A stretch of DNA of 64,000 nt, from assembly GCA_964625535.1 (NCBI GenBank), contig CAZVEX010000001.1, positions 295-64,294 on the forward strand, read 5' to 3'. This DNA comes from an uncultured Gammaproteobacteria bacterium. Lineage in GTDB: Bacteria; Patescibacteriota; Microgenomatia; Daviesbacterales; UBA10151. The notes under the pieces are model-generated. The model ran no database searches, was not told the origin of the DNA, and worked only from the letters and a program-made list of their open reading frames with translations. Shown piece by piece: positions 27,558 through 37,549 of this stretch (position 1 is the first letter of the stretch; each line of letters begins with the position of its first letter). Position numbers and translations under genes: made by a program.

Positions 27558-28744
27558 TGAAAAAAACAGTTTCGGTTGTCCTCCCCACATATAATGAAAA
27601 AGCCAATATTGAAAAAACCGTTGACAAGGTTTTAGAGCAAGAAAAAAACTTACCCGGATGGGAAATTCACATTGTTATTGCAGATGACGTCAGGTCTTCG
27701 GATGGGACGGAAAAGATAGCCAGGGCAATTTGCCAAAAGAATAAAAGAGTGCATTTTATTAAAGCAAACCCGGGCTTGGGAGTGGGTCTTATTGAGGGTC
27801 ATCGGTATGCAATGGGAAAAATCCGTCCGGATATTTTGGCCCAGCTTGATGCGGACGGTCAGGTGGTAACAAATGTACTGGTCGATCTTGTTCAAACCGT
27901 AGAGCAGGGTTTTGATCTGGCTATCGGATCAAGATTTGTCAGGGGAGGGAAGAATCAACTTTCAATAGGGAGGAGAATTTTTACTTATGGAGCCTCACTT
28001 TTTTGTCGGGTGCTGATGGGGCCTTGGGACGTCAGGGAATTTACCAATTCCGCCAGAGCTTTTACACCCTCTCTTTTCCAAAAATTAAATTTTGACAGAC
28101 TCCCCTGGCGTGAAACCTCTTTTATTATCCAGCCGGCATTTTTGCATGAGGCAATTTTAGCGGGAGCAAAATACAAAGAAGTGCCCCTGATTTTTCGGAA
28201 CCGCCTAGAAGGTTATTCCAAAAATAAAGTTTTTAACTATACGTATGATGTTATTACCTATTGTATAGATGCCAGATTACACAAATGGGGTTTTGATATG
28301 CCCTTCTTTTATTTAACCAGAAGGGCTAAAACAATTGTCAAATTTGGTTTGGTGGGGTTTGTGGGAACATTGGTAGACTTCCTTTTTTACAAGTTATTTA
28401 TCAACCTGGGGGGTTTTCCTCCTGCCACTTCCAAAGGAATTTCCACAGAAGTTGCCATTATTAATAATTTCATTTTAAATAATTACTGGACTTTTCGCTA
28501 CAGAAAAACCAAAACTAATTTCTGGACCAAACTGGGGATTTTTAATCTGGTCAGTTTAGGGGGACTGGTGATTGGGGTTTTAATAGTTAAAGTTTTGCAT
28601 TTATACTATGGAGACGGGTTTGTAGATTTGGGGTGGAGAAGGATTGCTTACAATAACTTTTACTTTTTTGCCACCATCCCTTTTGTAATGACCTGGAATT
28701 TCTTCATGAACCACTTTATCACCTGGAAACATCAGGAAGACTAG
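27557..28744 (+). CDS. Polyprenol-phosphate-mannose synthase-like GT2 fused to a GtrA domain
   Basis: PTYNE, DADG, GSRF..GG; C-terminal KFGLVG...NNFILN.YWTF...WNF..N..ITW. Confidence 0.85.
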   Translation: MKKTVSVVLPTYNEKANIEKTVDKVLEQEKNLPGWEIHIVIADDVRSSDGTEKIARAICQKNKRVHFIKANPGLGVGLIEGHRYAMGKIRPDILAQLDADGQVVTNVLVDLVQTVEQGFDLAIGSRFVRGGKNQLSIGRRIFTYGASLFCRVLMGPWDVREFTNSARAFTPSLFQKLNFDRLPWRETSFIIQPAFLHEAILAGAKYKEVPLIFRNRLEGYSKNKVFNYTYDVITYCIDARLHKWGFDMPFFYLTRRAKTIVKFGLVGFVGTLVDFLFYKLFINLGGFPPATSKGISTEVAIINNFILNNYWTFRYRKTKTNFWTKLGIFNLVSLGGLVIGVLIVKVLHLYYGDGFVDLGWRRIAYNNFYFFATIPFVMTWNFFMNHFITWKHQED

Positions 28745-29868
28745 TTAAAATCTGCCAAATTTGGCACAGGCGCTACATTATTGACAATGAAGTTTTGGGA
28801 ATATAAATAAATGGCTATTGCCAAAATTATCAGCAATATTTTAAATTCTTTAGATACCAGAACTTTTTCAAAGGCTATTAAAATAAAAGGGGTTATGGGG
28901 AGTAGGTATCTGCTGATGTCTCGATGGACAACCAGTGTGGATGCTGCAAGATAGGTTAAAACAAAAAAAGCCAAGGGGTATAATTTTTGTTTTATCAAAA
29001 ACATTCCGCCTAAAAACCCAAGAATAAAAATATAAATTATGTCCTCCAGCCAAATATCCCCTACCCAAAACTGGGCTTTATTAAAAACACTTAAAGGCGG
29101 AAAAGTTAAATGGATATTATCGCCGGAGTGAAAATAAGCATAAAAATCATTGTAAGTAACGCCGAACCAATAAAAAACTGCTACAAGAGTTAAGGGAATA
29201 AACACGATGGGATAGAAAGAGAGGATATATTTAAGGGACTTTTTTTGATAACCTATCCACAAGACATAGAGAGCTAAAGCTATCCCCAAAAGAATTCCAG
29301 GTGGTCTGACTAATTGGGCTAGCGCCGCAAAGAGAGCTACCGCCCAAATTTTGTTTTTTAGAAAAAAATAAATTGATAAAATAACAAAGAAGATGAAAAC
29401 AGGTTCAGGGGAACCAATAGACCTTACAATGACCCATCTGGCGGGAAGGATTAAAAATATTAAGGACAGTAAAAAAGGATTACTGGAAAGTTTAAAATCT
29501 TTAACTAAAAAGTAAAAAGCCCAAGCGCTTAAAATAGTAAAAAGCAAAGATACAAAAAGCATTGATTTTAGGAAACCCAAAAAGGGAGCAAAAAGGGAGA
29601 TAAACAAGGGATATCCCGGGAAATGAGAGGCAAAATATCCCGCAGGTTGAGTTATATGCAAGCCGGCGATCGCCTCGGGATTATAAAAGGTTTTGGCAAT
29701 AACTATATATTCCAAGCCGTCAAAGTTTCTGTAGATTATATTGAATCCATTGGAAAAATTTAGTCCCCAAAAATTTGGAAGAGAGAGAAGATGGGGAAGC
29801 CAAATCAGAAAGGTTGAGGCTAAAGTCAAAATTGCAATCAAGAAGAGATTTTTCGTTGTTTTGTTCAT
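28741..29868 (-). CDS. GT-C mannosyltransferase-like protein (PIG-V/GT76-like)
   Basis: NFDGLEY..IA..FY, HFPGYP, SPEPVF, RPPGILL, ISRY. Confidence 0.7.
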   Translation of the reverse strand: MNKTTKNLFLIAILTLASTFLIWLPHLLSLPNFWGLNFSNGFNIIYRNFDGLEYIVIAKTFYNPEAIAGLHITQPAGYFASHFPGYPLFISLFAPFLGFLKSMLFVSLLFTILSAWAFYFLVKDFKLSSNPFLLSLIFLILPARWVIVRSIGSPEPVFIFFVILSIYFFLKNKIWAVALFAALAQLVRPPGILLGIALALYVLWIGYQKKSLKYILSFYPIVFIPLTLVAVFYWFGVTYNDFYAYFHSGDNIHLTFPPLSVFNKAQFWVGDIWLEDIIYIFILGFLGGMFLIKQKLYPLAFFVLTYLAASTLVVHRDISRYLLPITPFILIAFEKVLVSKEFKILLIILAIAIYLYSQNFIVNNVAPVPNLADFN

Positions 29869-29874
29869 AATTTG

Positions 29875-29884
29875 ATGTTAGCAT
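29875..29884. promoter_or_regulatory. Bidirectional extended -10 core ATGTTAGCAT (TGTTAGCAT on +, TGCTAACAT on -), each 6 nt from an ATG
   Basis: Centre of the 22-bp gap between divergent ATGs at 29868 and 29891. Confidence 0.65.
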
Positions 29885-29890
29885 ATTACC

Positions 29891-32029
29891 ATGTCTATTA
29901 AAAATCTTTCTGTTTTTTTTCCGGCATTTAATGAGGAGGGAAGTATTGAAAATACCGTTATCAAGGCATCTGAAGTTTTACAGGATCTTCGCTTAAATTA
30001 TGAGATTATCATAGTTGATGACGGATCTACAGACAAAACTGCCCAAATTGCTGACAGTTTAGCCAAATCAAATCCTAAAATCAGGGTCATCCATCATTCC
30101 AAAAATTTAGGTTACGGGGAAGCATTAAGGTCTGGTTTTTACAATGCCAAATATGACACCATAGTCTATACCGACGGAGACGGGCAGTTTGATTTCTCGG
30201 AAATAAATAAGTTTTTGGAAAAAATTGAGGATCATGATTTGGTAATAGGCTATCGCATCAAAAGGCAGGACCCCTTTTTTAGAATTTTATTTAAAAAGGG
30301 CTGGAAACTTTCTCTTCTAACCTTTTTTGGATTGACTCTAAAAGATGTGGACTGTGGTTTTAAAATGATCCGCAAATCCGTTTTGGAAAATATCCCCCAT
30401 TTGGAATCCACCAGGGGAGCGATGATTAATGCGGAACTGGCTATTAAGACCAAAAAATACGGATTTACGCTGACCCAGGTGGGCGTAAATCATTACCCAA
30501 GACTTTCCGGTAAGCCAACCGGAGCAAGTATCCGGGTAATCGTTAAATCTTTTTTGGATCTTCTAAGGCTGTGGTGGAAACTTAAAGATCAAAAAATTTA
30601 CTTTATTTCACTGTTGGGAATACTGGTTCTGGCAACATTTTTGAGGCTTTATAAAATTGAGGAATACATGATTTTTTTGGGAGATCAGGGAAGAGATGCC
30701 ATCATTGTTAAAAACATGATTGACGATCTTCATTTTCCTGCCATTGGTCCTCCCACCTCCGTGGGCAATATTTATCTTGGTCCGCTTTATTATTATATGA
30801 TGCTGCCCCCGATGGTTTTGACCAATTTTAATCCGGTTTCGGCGGCGGCGGCGGCGGCTTTGGTTGGGGTGGCCACGGTCTTTCTGGTTTATTATTTGGG
30901 CAAAGTTTGGTTTGGCAGGGGATCCGGTTTGCTGGCTGCATATCTTTATGCAATCAGCCCGGTTACTGTCAATTATTCAAGATTTTCCTGGAACCCCAAT
31001 CCGGCGCCTTTTTTTGCTCTTCTTGCCATTTTGGGCATGATGAAACTGCAAAAAAGCGGTAATTTCCTGTGGCTTATTTTAACAGGTCTAGCTTTGGCTG
31101 CCGCCTTGCAGATGCACTATCTTGCTTTGATTCTGGCAGCAGTTATTGCAACGCTTTGGCTTTATCAGGCCCTGGCGAAAAACAAAAAGAAAAATTTTCT
31201 AAAAGGGACATTGCTTGGTCTGGCAGCTTTTTTGCTGGTTATGTCTCCTCTTTTTTGGTTTGATCTTCGGCACAACTTTTTAAATTATCAGGCCGCTGTC
31301 GCGCTTTTCGGCAAAGGCGAGGCAGTAAGTATAAATCTATTTTCTAACCTTGGCAGGATTCCGGAAATTTATAACAATGCTTTGATTGGAAGATATATGG
31401 CAGGGGAGAATGCATTTTTGGCGGCTTTTTTGTCTTTGACTGTTCTAGCGCTTTTAGTTTATTGGTTTATTAAAAGAAAGATTATTTTGGCAGTTTGGAT
31501 AATAGTTGGTTTATTTGGACTCTCTTTTTATCAAAATGATATTTATGATCACTATCTGGGGTTTTTAAACCCGGCTCCTTTTATCCTCTTGGGATCTTTG
31601 ATCGCTTTAAACAAAAAACGGATAACAGTGGGGCTACTGCTTTTAGTGGCTGTTTTGACAGTTTTGAATTTGCAAAAAAATCCTCTTTTATCCCCTCCCC
31701 AAAACCAACTTCAAAGGACCCAAAATCTGGCCAAATTTATTATCGGGGAATCAAATGACAAACCGTTTAACTTTGCCCTTCTTGCCAAAAATAACTATGA
31801 TTCGGCCTATCAGTTTTATTTGGAAGTTTATGGATATGAGTCCAAAAAATTACCTTTTGAGAAAACTATGCAGCTTTTTGTAGTTTGCGAAGATGAAGTG
31901 TGCGATCCAATTTACAGTCCCAAGCACGAGATTGCGGCTTTTGGCTGGACAAAAATTGAAGAGGAGTGGCAAGTAGAAGGATTAAGAGTTTTTAAACTGG
32001 CGCATAATCCGGAGGAAAACCGTCAATGA
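29891..32029 (+). CDS. Fusion of a GT2 (polyprenol-P-sugar synthase-like) and a GT-C transferase
   Basis: PAFNE, VDDGS.D, NLGYG, DGDGQ, DVDCGFK; then GDQGRD...GPPTS.GNIYLGPLYYY, WNPN, multi-TM. Confidence 0.88.
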   Translation: MSIKNLSVFFPAFNEEGSIENTVIKASEVLQDLRLNYEIIIVDDGSTDKTAQIADSLAKSNPKIRVIHHSKNLGYGEALRSGFYNAKYDTIVYTDGDGQFDFSEINKFLEKIEDHDLVIGYRIKRQDPFFRILFKKGWKLSLLTFFGLTLKDVDCGFKMIRKSVLENIPHLESTRGAMINAELAIKTKKYGFTLTQVGVNHYPRLSGKPTGASIRVIVKSFLDLLRLWWKLKDQKIYFISLLGILVLATFLRLYKIEEYMIFLGDQGRDAIIVKNMIDDLHFPAIGPPTSVGNIYLGPLYYYMMLPPMVLTNFNPVSAAAAAALVGVATVFLVYYLGKVWFGRGSGLLAAYLYAISPVTVNYSRFSWNPNPAPFFALLAILGMMKLQKSGNFLWLILTGLALAAALQMHYLALILAAVIATLWLYQALAKNKKKNFLKGTLLGLAAFLLVMSPLFWFDLRHNFLNYQAAVALFGKGEAVSINLFSNLGRIPEIYNNALIGRYMAGENAFLAAFLSLTVLALLVYWFIKRKIILAVWIIVGLFGLSFYQNDIYDHYLGFLNPAPFILLGSLIALNKKRITVGLLLLVAVLTVLNLQKNPLLSPPQNQLQRTQNLAKFIIGESNDKPFNFALLAKNNYDSAYQFYLEVYGYESKKLPFEKTMQLFVVCEDEVCDPIYSPKHEIAAFGWTKIEEEWQVEGLRVFKLAHNPEENRQ

Positions 32030-32784
32030 AATTATCAGTTGTCATACCGGCCTACAACGAAGAAAGAAACTTGCAAAAAGGAGTTTTAGATGAAGTGGAA
32101 AAATATCTGGAACAGAAAAAATTGGATTATGAAGTGGTGATTGTTGACGACGGGTCCCAGGATCAGACTAAAGAGATTGTTAGAAAAGTAATTTTAAAAA
32201 ATGAGCAAGCTCATTCTAATCGAAGTAAAAAATTTAGATTGATTGAAAATAAACATGGCGGAAAAGCCATGGCAGTGATGACCGGGATGCTGCAAAGTAG
32301 GGGAGAGATTGTGTTATTTACAGATATGGATCAGGCCACTCCAATAAATCAACTGGAAAAATTTGTTCCCAAATTTGAGCAAGGTTATGATATTGTCATT
32401 GCTTCAAGACATGGGAGGAGAGGGGCGCCAATAGTTAGAAAATTAGCAGCTTGGGCTTTTGGACTTTTGAGAGGAGCGATCTTAGGTCTTCCTTTTGCCG
32501 ATACCCAATGCGGCTTTAAAGCATTTAATCAAAAATCAATTGCTAAAATTATTCCCAAAATAAAAGGGGAGTGGGGAGTGGTGCATTTTAGAGGAGGGGC
32601 AGTTAATGCGGGTTTTGATGTGGAGCTTTTATATTTGGCTAAAAAATACGGATTTAGAATTGCCGAAGTAGAGGTGGAATGGAATTATGTGGATACTGAA
32701 AGGGTCCAGGTTGTCAAAGATGCCCTGGCAGCGATCTACGATATGCTCCGAATCAGATGGAATGATATCAGAGGTAAGTATTGA
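32026..32784 (+). CDS. Dolichyl-phosphate beta-glucosyltransferase-like GT2 (Alg5-like)
   Basis: PAYNE, VDDGS, DMD, DTQCGFK, FDVELL. Confidence 0.85.
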   Translation: MKLSVVIPAYNEERNLQKGVLDEVEKYLEQKKLDYEVVIVDDGSQDQTKEIVRKVILKNEQAHSNRSKKFRLIENKHGGKAMAVMTGMLQSRGEIVLFTDMDQATPINQLEKFVPKFEQGYDIVIASRHGRRGAPIVRKLAAWAFGLLRGAILGLPFADTQCGFKAFNQKSIAKIIPKIKGEWGVVHFRGGAVNAGFDVELLYLAKKYGFRIAEVEVEWNYVDTERVQVVKDALAAIYDMLRIRWNDIRGKY

Positions 32785-32790
32785 TATAAT
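32782..32790 (+). promoter_or_regulatory. Extended -10 TGATATAAT, 6 nt before GTG 32797
   Basis: Perfect TGnTATAAT overlapping the upstream stop. Confidence 0.7.
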
Positions 32791-32796
32791 GGTAAG

Positions 32797-34254
32797 GTGG
32801 ATTTTTTGCTCAAACACCGAAAAGAAATTATAGTCCTTGCTTTTTTAGCCGCCCTCTACCTTATCTTAAGGCTACCTAATTTGACTTTGCAGCCGGTTTT
32901 TGCCGATGAAGCGATCTATATCCGCTGGGCCCAGGTGATGAGATCCGAGCCAACATTGCGATTCTTGCCTTTATCCGACGGTAAGACTCCCCTATTTATG
33001 TGGAGCATGATTCCCCTATTTAAAATCTTTGAAGACCCCTTGTTTGCGGGAAGATTTTTATCTCTGACGAGCGGCTTTGCAACTTTATTGGGAGTATTTG
33101 CATTGACTTGGAAAGCTTTTAACTCAAAGGCTGCCTTTTGGGCAGCTTTACTTTATGCAATAGTTCCTTATACGGTTTTTTTTGACCGGATGGCCTTGGT
33201 TGATTCCATGCTGTCGGCTTTAACTGTCTGGGCCTTATTTTTTGCCATACTTCTTGCTAAAAAAGTTAGGCTTGATTTGGCTTTTATTTTAGGATTTATT
33301 CTGGGAGGAGCCTGGCTTACCAAAACTCCGGCTGTTTTAAATCTGCTGCTTTTACCTACCACCATACTTGCTTTCAAAAGAGTAAAAAAAGATAGGTTTA
33401 CTCTTTTGAAATTATTTTTATTTTGGGCAGTGGCAATACTAATTGCTTTGGCTGCGTACAATGCCTTAAGATTGGGTCCAAATTTCCACCTTTTATCTTC
33501 AAGAAATGCAGATTATGTTTTCTCGCCCCTTGAACTTATCGGCAGACCCCTGGACCCTTTTATACCTCATTTGCGGGATATTGCCGACTGGTTCCCCAAA
33601 CTGTTAACCTGGCCGGTGATTGGGTTTATGGTTTATGGTATATGGTTTATGGTTAAGACAAAAAATAAATTAGGGTGGGTAATCCTTCTTTGGGGGCTGA
33701 TACCTTTACTTTTGAACATGGCATTTTTGAGGACTTTTACAGCCAGATACTTACTCTCTTCCATACCCCTATTTTTAATTTTAGGAGGATATGGGATCGG
33801 AAAAATTTCAAATGGAATTCTAACGCTGATACTGGTTATTCTTGTGATGCTCATGCCACTTAAATTTGATTACGAATTGTTGACTAATCCTCCACCAGAG
33901 TCGCTACCCCGGGAGGAAAGGCAAGGTTATTTTGAACAGTGGACAGCGGGCTACGGTTTCAAGGAAATTGCCCGGTTTCTAATCGAACAAAAAGCCAAAG
34001 GCTCTGTGGTGGTGGGGACCGAAGGATTTTTCGGGACTTTGCCCGACGGGCTTTATATTTATCTTGATAAAACCGGTATTGCGGTTGTTTCCTCAACTGC
34101 CACCATATCAGCAGAGCTTAGAGAAGCAGCGCAGAACCATAAGACTTATTTTGTGGGTAACAAAAGCAATCTTGAAAATATAGGAGGAGTAGAATTAGTT
34201 AGAGAATATCCTAAGGTTGGGTCTGATGCCACTGTTTTATACCAGGTAAGATGA
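32797..34254 (+). CDS. GT-C glycosyltransferase (ArnT/PMT-like)
   Basis: PVFADEAIY..WA, DGKTPL, DRMALVD, TK, ARY, WTAGYG. Confidence 0.82.
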   Translation: MDFLLKHRKEIIVLAFLAALYLILRLPNLTLQPVFADEAIYIRWAQVMRSEPTLRFLPLSDGKTPLFMWSMIPLFKIFEDPLFAGRFLSLTSGFATLLGVFALTWKAFNSKAAFWAALLYAIVPYTVFFDRMALVDSMLSALTVWALFFAILLAKKVRLDLAFILGFILGGAWLTKTPAVLNLLLLPTTILAFKRVKKDRFTLLKLFLFWAVAILIALAAYNALRLGPNFHLLSSRNADYVFSPLELIGRPLDPFIPHLRDIADWFPKLLTWPVIGFMVYGIWFMVKTKNKLGWVILLWGLIPLLLNMAFLRTFTARYLLSSIPLFLILGGYGIGKISNGILTLILVILVMLMPLKFDYELLTNPPPESLPREERQGYFEQWTAGYGFKEIARFLIEQKAKGSVVVGTEGFFGTLPDGLYIYLDKTGIAVVSSTATISAELREAAQNHKTYFVGNKSNLENIGGVELVREYPKVGSDATVLYQVR

Positions 34255-35867
34255 AAAAAACTCTTTTGATCTTAGCTTTAATAACTTTTCCCTCGCTTTT
34301 TCCTTTCTTTAACCCCCAATTTTTTTATACGCAGGATCATATTTTTATAGCCAGGTTGCAACAGATGAGTACCGCCCTGTCCGATGGCCACTTTCCCGTT
34401 CGATGGGCAGCTGATCTTCGTTTTGGCGAGCCGCTTTTTAATTTTTATGCCTCCCTGCCCTATTACCTCGGGGCATTGATAAAACTTTTAGGGTTTAACT
34501 ATATTTGGGTAGCAAAAATCCTTTTTATTTTATCAAGCTTTTTATCTGCCCTGACAATGTACATTTTTTGCCGCAAGCTTTTTAGTCAAAAATCTTCATT
34601 TTTGGCAGTTGCTTTCTACATTTGGGCTCCCTACAGAGCAGTTGATCTTTATGTCAGGGGCGCCCTGTCCGAGGCTTTTGCTTTTATCTTTTTTCCGCTG
34701 ATTTTTTATGCCTCTTTGCTGTTATCTCAAAAAGTAACTTGGGCGAGGATTTCCTTTCTTTCTCTGTCCCTGGGGGGGTTGTTCCTGACGCATAATGTGA
34801 CAACCCTAATCTTTTTGCCATTTTTATTTCTTTGGTGGCTATATTTGTGGATCAAACAAAAAAACTTAAAAGTAGTACTACCTTTTTTCTTCTCGTTTGC
34901 TTTAGGTTTGGGGTTGTCGGCAACCTTTCTTCTTCCGGCAGTTTTGGAAAGAGAGTTGATCCAAACAAAATATTTGCTGGTGGGTTATTTTGATTTTAGG
35001 GCCCATTTTGTGGCATTTTATCAGTTTTTCTCTCCTGTCTGGGGGTACGGAGCATCGCTGTGGGGACCAAAAGACGATATGTCGTTTCAGGTCGGTCTAG
35101 CCCATTGGGCGCTAGTTTTACTTGCTCTGGTTGTAGGATTTATCAAACGAAGCGATAAAAAATTTCTGCTTCTTACTTCGTTTTTATTTTTCAGTTTCTT
35201 TTTGTCTATTTTTTTACAGCACAACAGATCCGCTTTCGTGTGGGAAGCTATCCCTTTAATGGCTTTTATTCAATTTCCCTGGAGATTTTTGGCAATTTCA
35301 GTTTTTACTGTTTCTTTATTGGGAGGGGTAGCGATAGAGCATTTAAAATGGAAGTCTAATATTATTTTTTTTGTGGCGCTTGCCGCAACAATTCTGATTA
35401 ATTTTAACTATTTTAAGCCAAGAAATTATGTGGAGGATGCCTTTTTTGATAAATTTTTAAATAAAGAAAGCATGCACAGGGGAGTGGATTTGACCAAAGA
35501 TTATTTCCCCGTCTGGGTGAAGTTTGACAGGGTAGAGTATTTCCCAACTCCCAGGGCCAATACCGGAGAAATTGAAGTTTTAAGCTTTGAAAAAAAGACC
35601 GCCGCAGCCAAAGGAGAGATTAAGGTTTTATCCGAAGCGCAAATAGAAGTGCCAATTACTTATTTTCCCGGCTGGGAAGTTAAAGCCAACAATGAGCGGG
35701 TAAATTTATCAGAACCTTCTTTACAGGGACTGATTACTTTTAAGCTTCCTAAGGGGGAATACCAAATAGATTTGGCATTAAAAGATACTCCTGTTAGAAT
35801 AATAGGAAACCTGGTGAGTTTTGCAACCATTTTATTGCTTCTTATAACTTATGCTAAATCTCGCTAA
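34251..35867 (+). CDS. YfhO / PTPS-related membrane GT-C protein
   Basis: TQDH..R, FPVRW, GEPLFNFY, YVRGALSE, THN, QFPWRFL, YFPGW. Confidence 0.8.
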   Translation: MKKTLLILALITFPSLFPFFNPQFFYTQDHIFIARLQQMSTALSDGHFPVRWAADLRFGEPLFNFYASLPYYLGALIKLLGFNYIWVAKILFILSSFLSALTMYIFCRKLFSQKSSFLAVAFYIWAPYRAVDLYVRGALSEAFAFIFFPLIFYASLLLSQKVTWARISFLSLSLGGLFLTHNVTTLIFLPFLFLWWLYLWIKQKNLKVVLPFFFSFALGLGLSATFLLPAVLERELIQTKYLLVGYFDFRAHFVAFYQFFSPVWGYGASLWGPKDDMSFQVGLAHWALVLLALVVGFIKRSDKKFLLLTSFLFFSFFLSIFLQHNRSAFVWEAIPLMAFIQFPWRFLAISVFTVSLLGGVAIEHLKWKSNIIFFVALAATILINFNYFKPRNYVEDAFFDKFLNKESMHRGVDLTKDYFPVWVKFDRVEYFPTPRANTGEIEVLSFEKKTAAAKGEIKVLSEAQIEVPITYFPGWEVKANNERVNLSEPSLQGLITFKLPKGEYQIDLALKDTPVRIIGNLVSFATILLLLITYAKSR

Positions 35868-37548
35868 ATCACACAAAGAATTTGTTATTGGTTTAATGCT
35901 GACTCTAGCTTTACTTTGGCCGCTTTTTTGGGCTCCCTTTTTTTCCCATCATGACGATGTTCAGGTCATTAGACTTTACGAGATGGATAAATGCGTCAAA
36001 GACGGACAACTGCCCTGCCGCTGGGTACCTGATTTAGGCGGTTTGTACGGCTATCCTATTTTTAACTACTACGGCCCTCTTCCATATTATTTTGGTGAAA
36101 TTTTTTATTTGCTAACTGGCAACCTGATTTTTTCCGTCAAGACAATGTTTGCCGTATCTTTTGTCGCCTCCTACGTATTTATGTTTCTTTTGGCCAGAAA
36201 ATTTTGGGGAAAGATGGGAGGCGCTCTATCGGCGATATTTTATAGTTTCGCCCCATATCATGCAGTAAATTTATATGTTAGGGGAGCCATGGGGGAGCTG
36301 TGGGCTTTAATGTTTTTTCCAGCTATATTATGGGGTTTGGTCAGATTGCAGGAAAAGTTAAGTATTGCCAATCTGGTCATAGCAGCACTTTTTATGGCAG
36401 CACTTTTCACCTCGCATAATTTATCAACCATACTTTTTCTGCCGGTAATTTTAATTTGGATTTTGGTTTTATATTTCCACAAAAGAGTTAAAAAATTTAT
36501 TCTCTACAGCGGCCTGGCTATTTTTTTGGCAGCTGTTGTTTCTTCTTTTTACCTTTTGCCGATGGTTTTGGAAAAAAATTTGGTCCATGTTGACACCACC
36601 ACATACGGTTACTTTTCCTATACGGAACATTTTAAAGGATTTAGGAAATTGCTGGAGCGGTCATGGGGTTTTGGTTCCTCCGTCAGAGAAGTGCCCGGAG
36701 GGGAAAAAGACGGACTTTCCTTTCAGATCGGCTGGGTTCATCTTCTGGGTTGGATTCTGGCTCTCTATGTGGCTAAACGATTTTGGGCGTCTCAAAAAAA
36801 TTTGAGTTTGATCATTATTTTTTCATCACTTGTTATTTCTTTTGCCGGTTTCATGATTAATCCCAGATCTGAATTTATATGGAAGATGGTTGAACCCTTA
36901 AAATTTTTGCAGTTTCCCTGGAGATTTTTACTCCTGATTATTTTCTTTATTTCCTTTATAGCGGGAAGCGCTGCCCTATTAAAAAGCAAAAAAATTATTA
37001 TTTCTATGATTGTGGCGGTTTTCCTTGTAAATTTTTTCTATTTTAGACCGGAAAAATTTATTAATGTGACGGATCAGGAGCTTTTATCAGGCGAACACTG
37101 GGACAGGCAAATTAAAAGATCTATTTTTGATTATTTGCCCATTTTTGCCAAAGAGCCGCCCGCAGAACTCGCCAAAGAAAGGTATCAAATTTTAACAGGA
37201 GAAACAAAAATAATGAATTTTCAGGAAGGCACCAACTGGTTTAAATTTAAAGCGGAGGTAACTTCACACTCGATCATCCGTCTTTCCCAATACTATTTTC
37301 CCGACTGGAAGATAACGATTGATGGAAAAGGGGCGCCCATAGAGTATAAAGATAATACTTTGGGTCAAATGACAATTATCTTAGGGAAAGGCAATCATCA
37401 AATAGAGGGGAGATTGTATGATACGCCGGTTCGCACTATTGCTAATTTTGTCACAATTTTTGGATTAGGAGTGACAGTTCTACTGTTTTTGATCCAATTT
37501 CCGGCAGTTCGAAAATGGATTTTATATTACAGAAAGGGAATTAATTGA
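35851..37548 (+). CDS. YfhO / PTPS-related membrane GT-C protein (tandem paralogue)
   Basis: HDD..R, LPCRW, GYPIFNYY, YVRGAMGE, SHN, QFPWRFL, YFPDW. Confidence 0.8.
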   Translation: MLNLAKSHKEFVIGLMLTLALLWPLFWAPFFSHHDDVQVIRLYEMDKCVKDGQLPCRWVPDLGGLYGYPIFNYYGPLPYYFGEIFYLLTGNLIFSVKTMFAVSFVASYVFMFLLARKFWGKMGGALSAIFYSFAPYHAVNLYVRGAMGELWALMFFPAILWGLVRLQEKLSIANLVIAALFMAALFTSHNLSTILFLPVILIWILVLYFHKRVKKFILYSGLAIFLAAVVSSFYLLPMVLEKNLVHVDTTTYGYFSYTEHFKGFRKLLERSWGFGSSVREVPGGEKDGLSFQIGWVHLLGWILALYVAKRFWASQKNLSLIIIFSSLVISFAGFMINPRSEFIWKMVEPLKFLQFPWRFLLLIIFFISFIAGSAALLKSKKIIISMIVAVFLVNFFYFRPEKFINVTDQELLSGEHWDRQIKRSIFDYLPIFAKEPPAELAKERYQILTGETKIMNFQEGTNWFKFKAEVTSHSIIRLSQYYFPDWKITIDGKGAPIEYKDNTLGQMTIILGKGNHQIEGRLYDTPVRTIANFVTIFGLGVTVLLFLIQFPAVRKWILYYRKGIN

Positions 37549-37549
37549 T

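Noticed and set aside
30841-30858. (GGC)6 microsatellite encoding an Ala run
   Set aside because: A triplet unit cannot shift the frame, and it lies in a TM helix; no sign of phase variation
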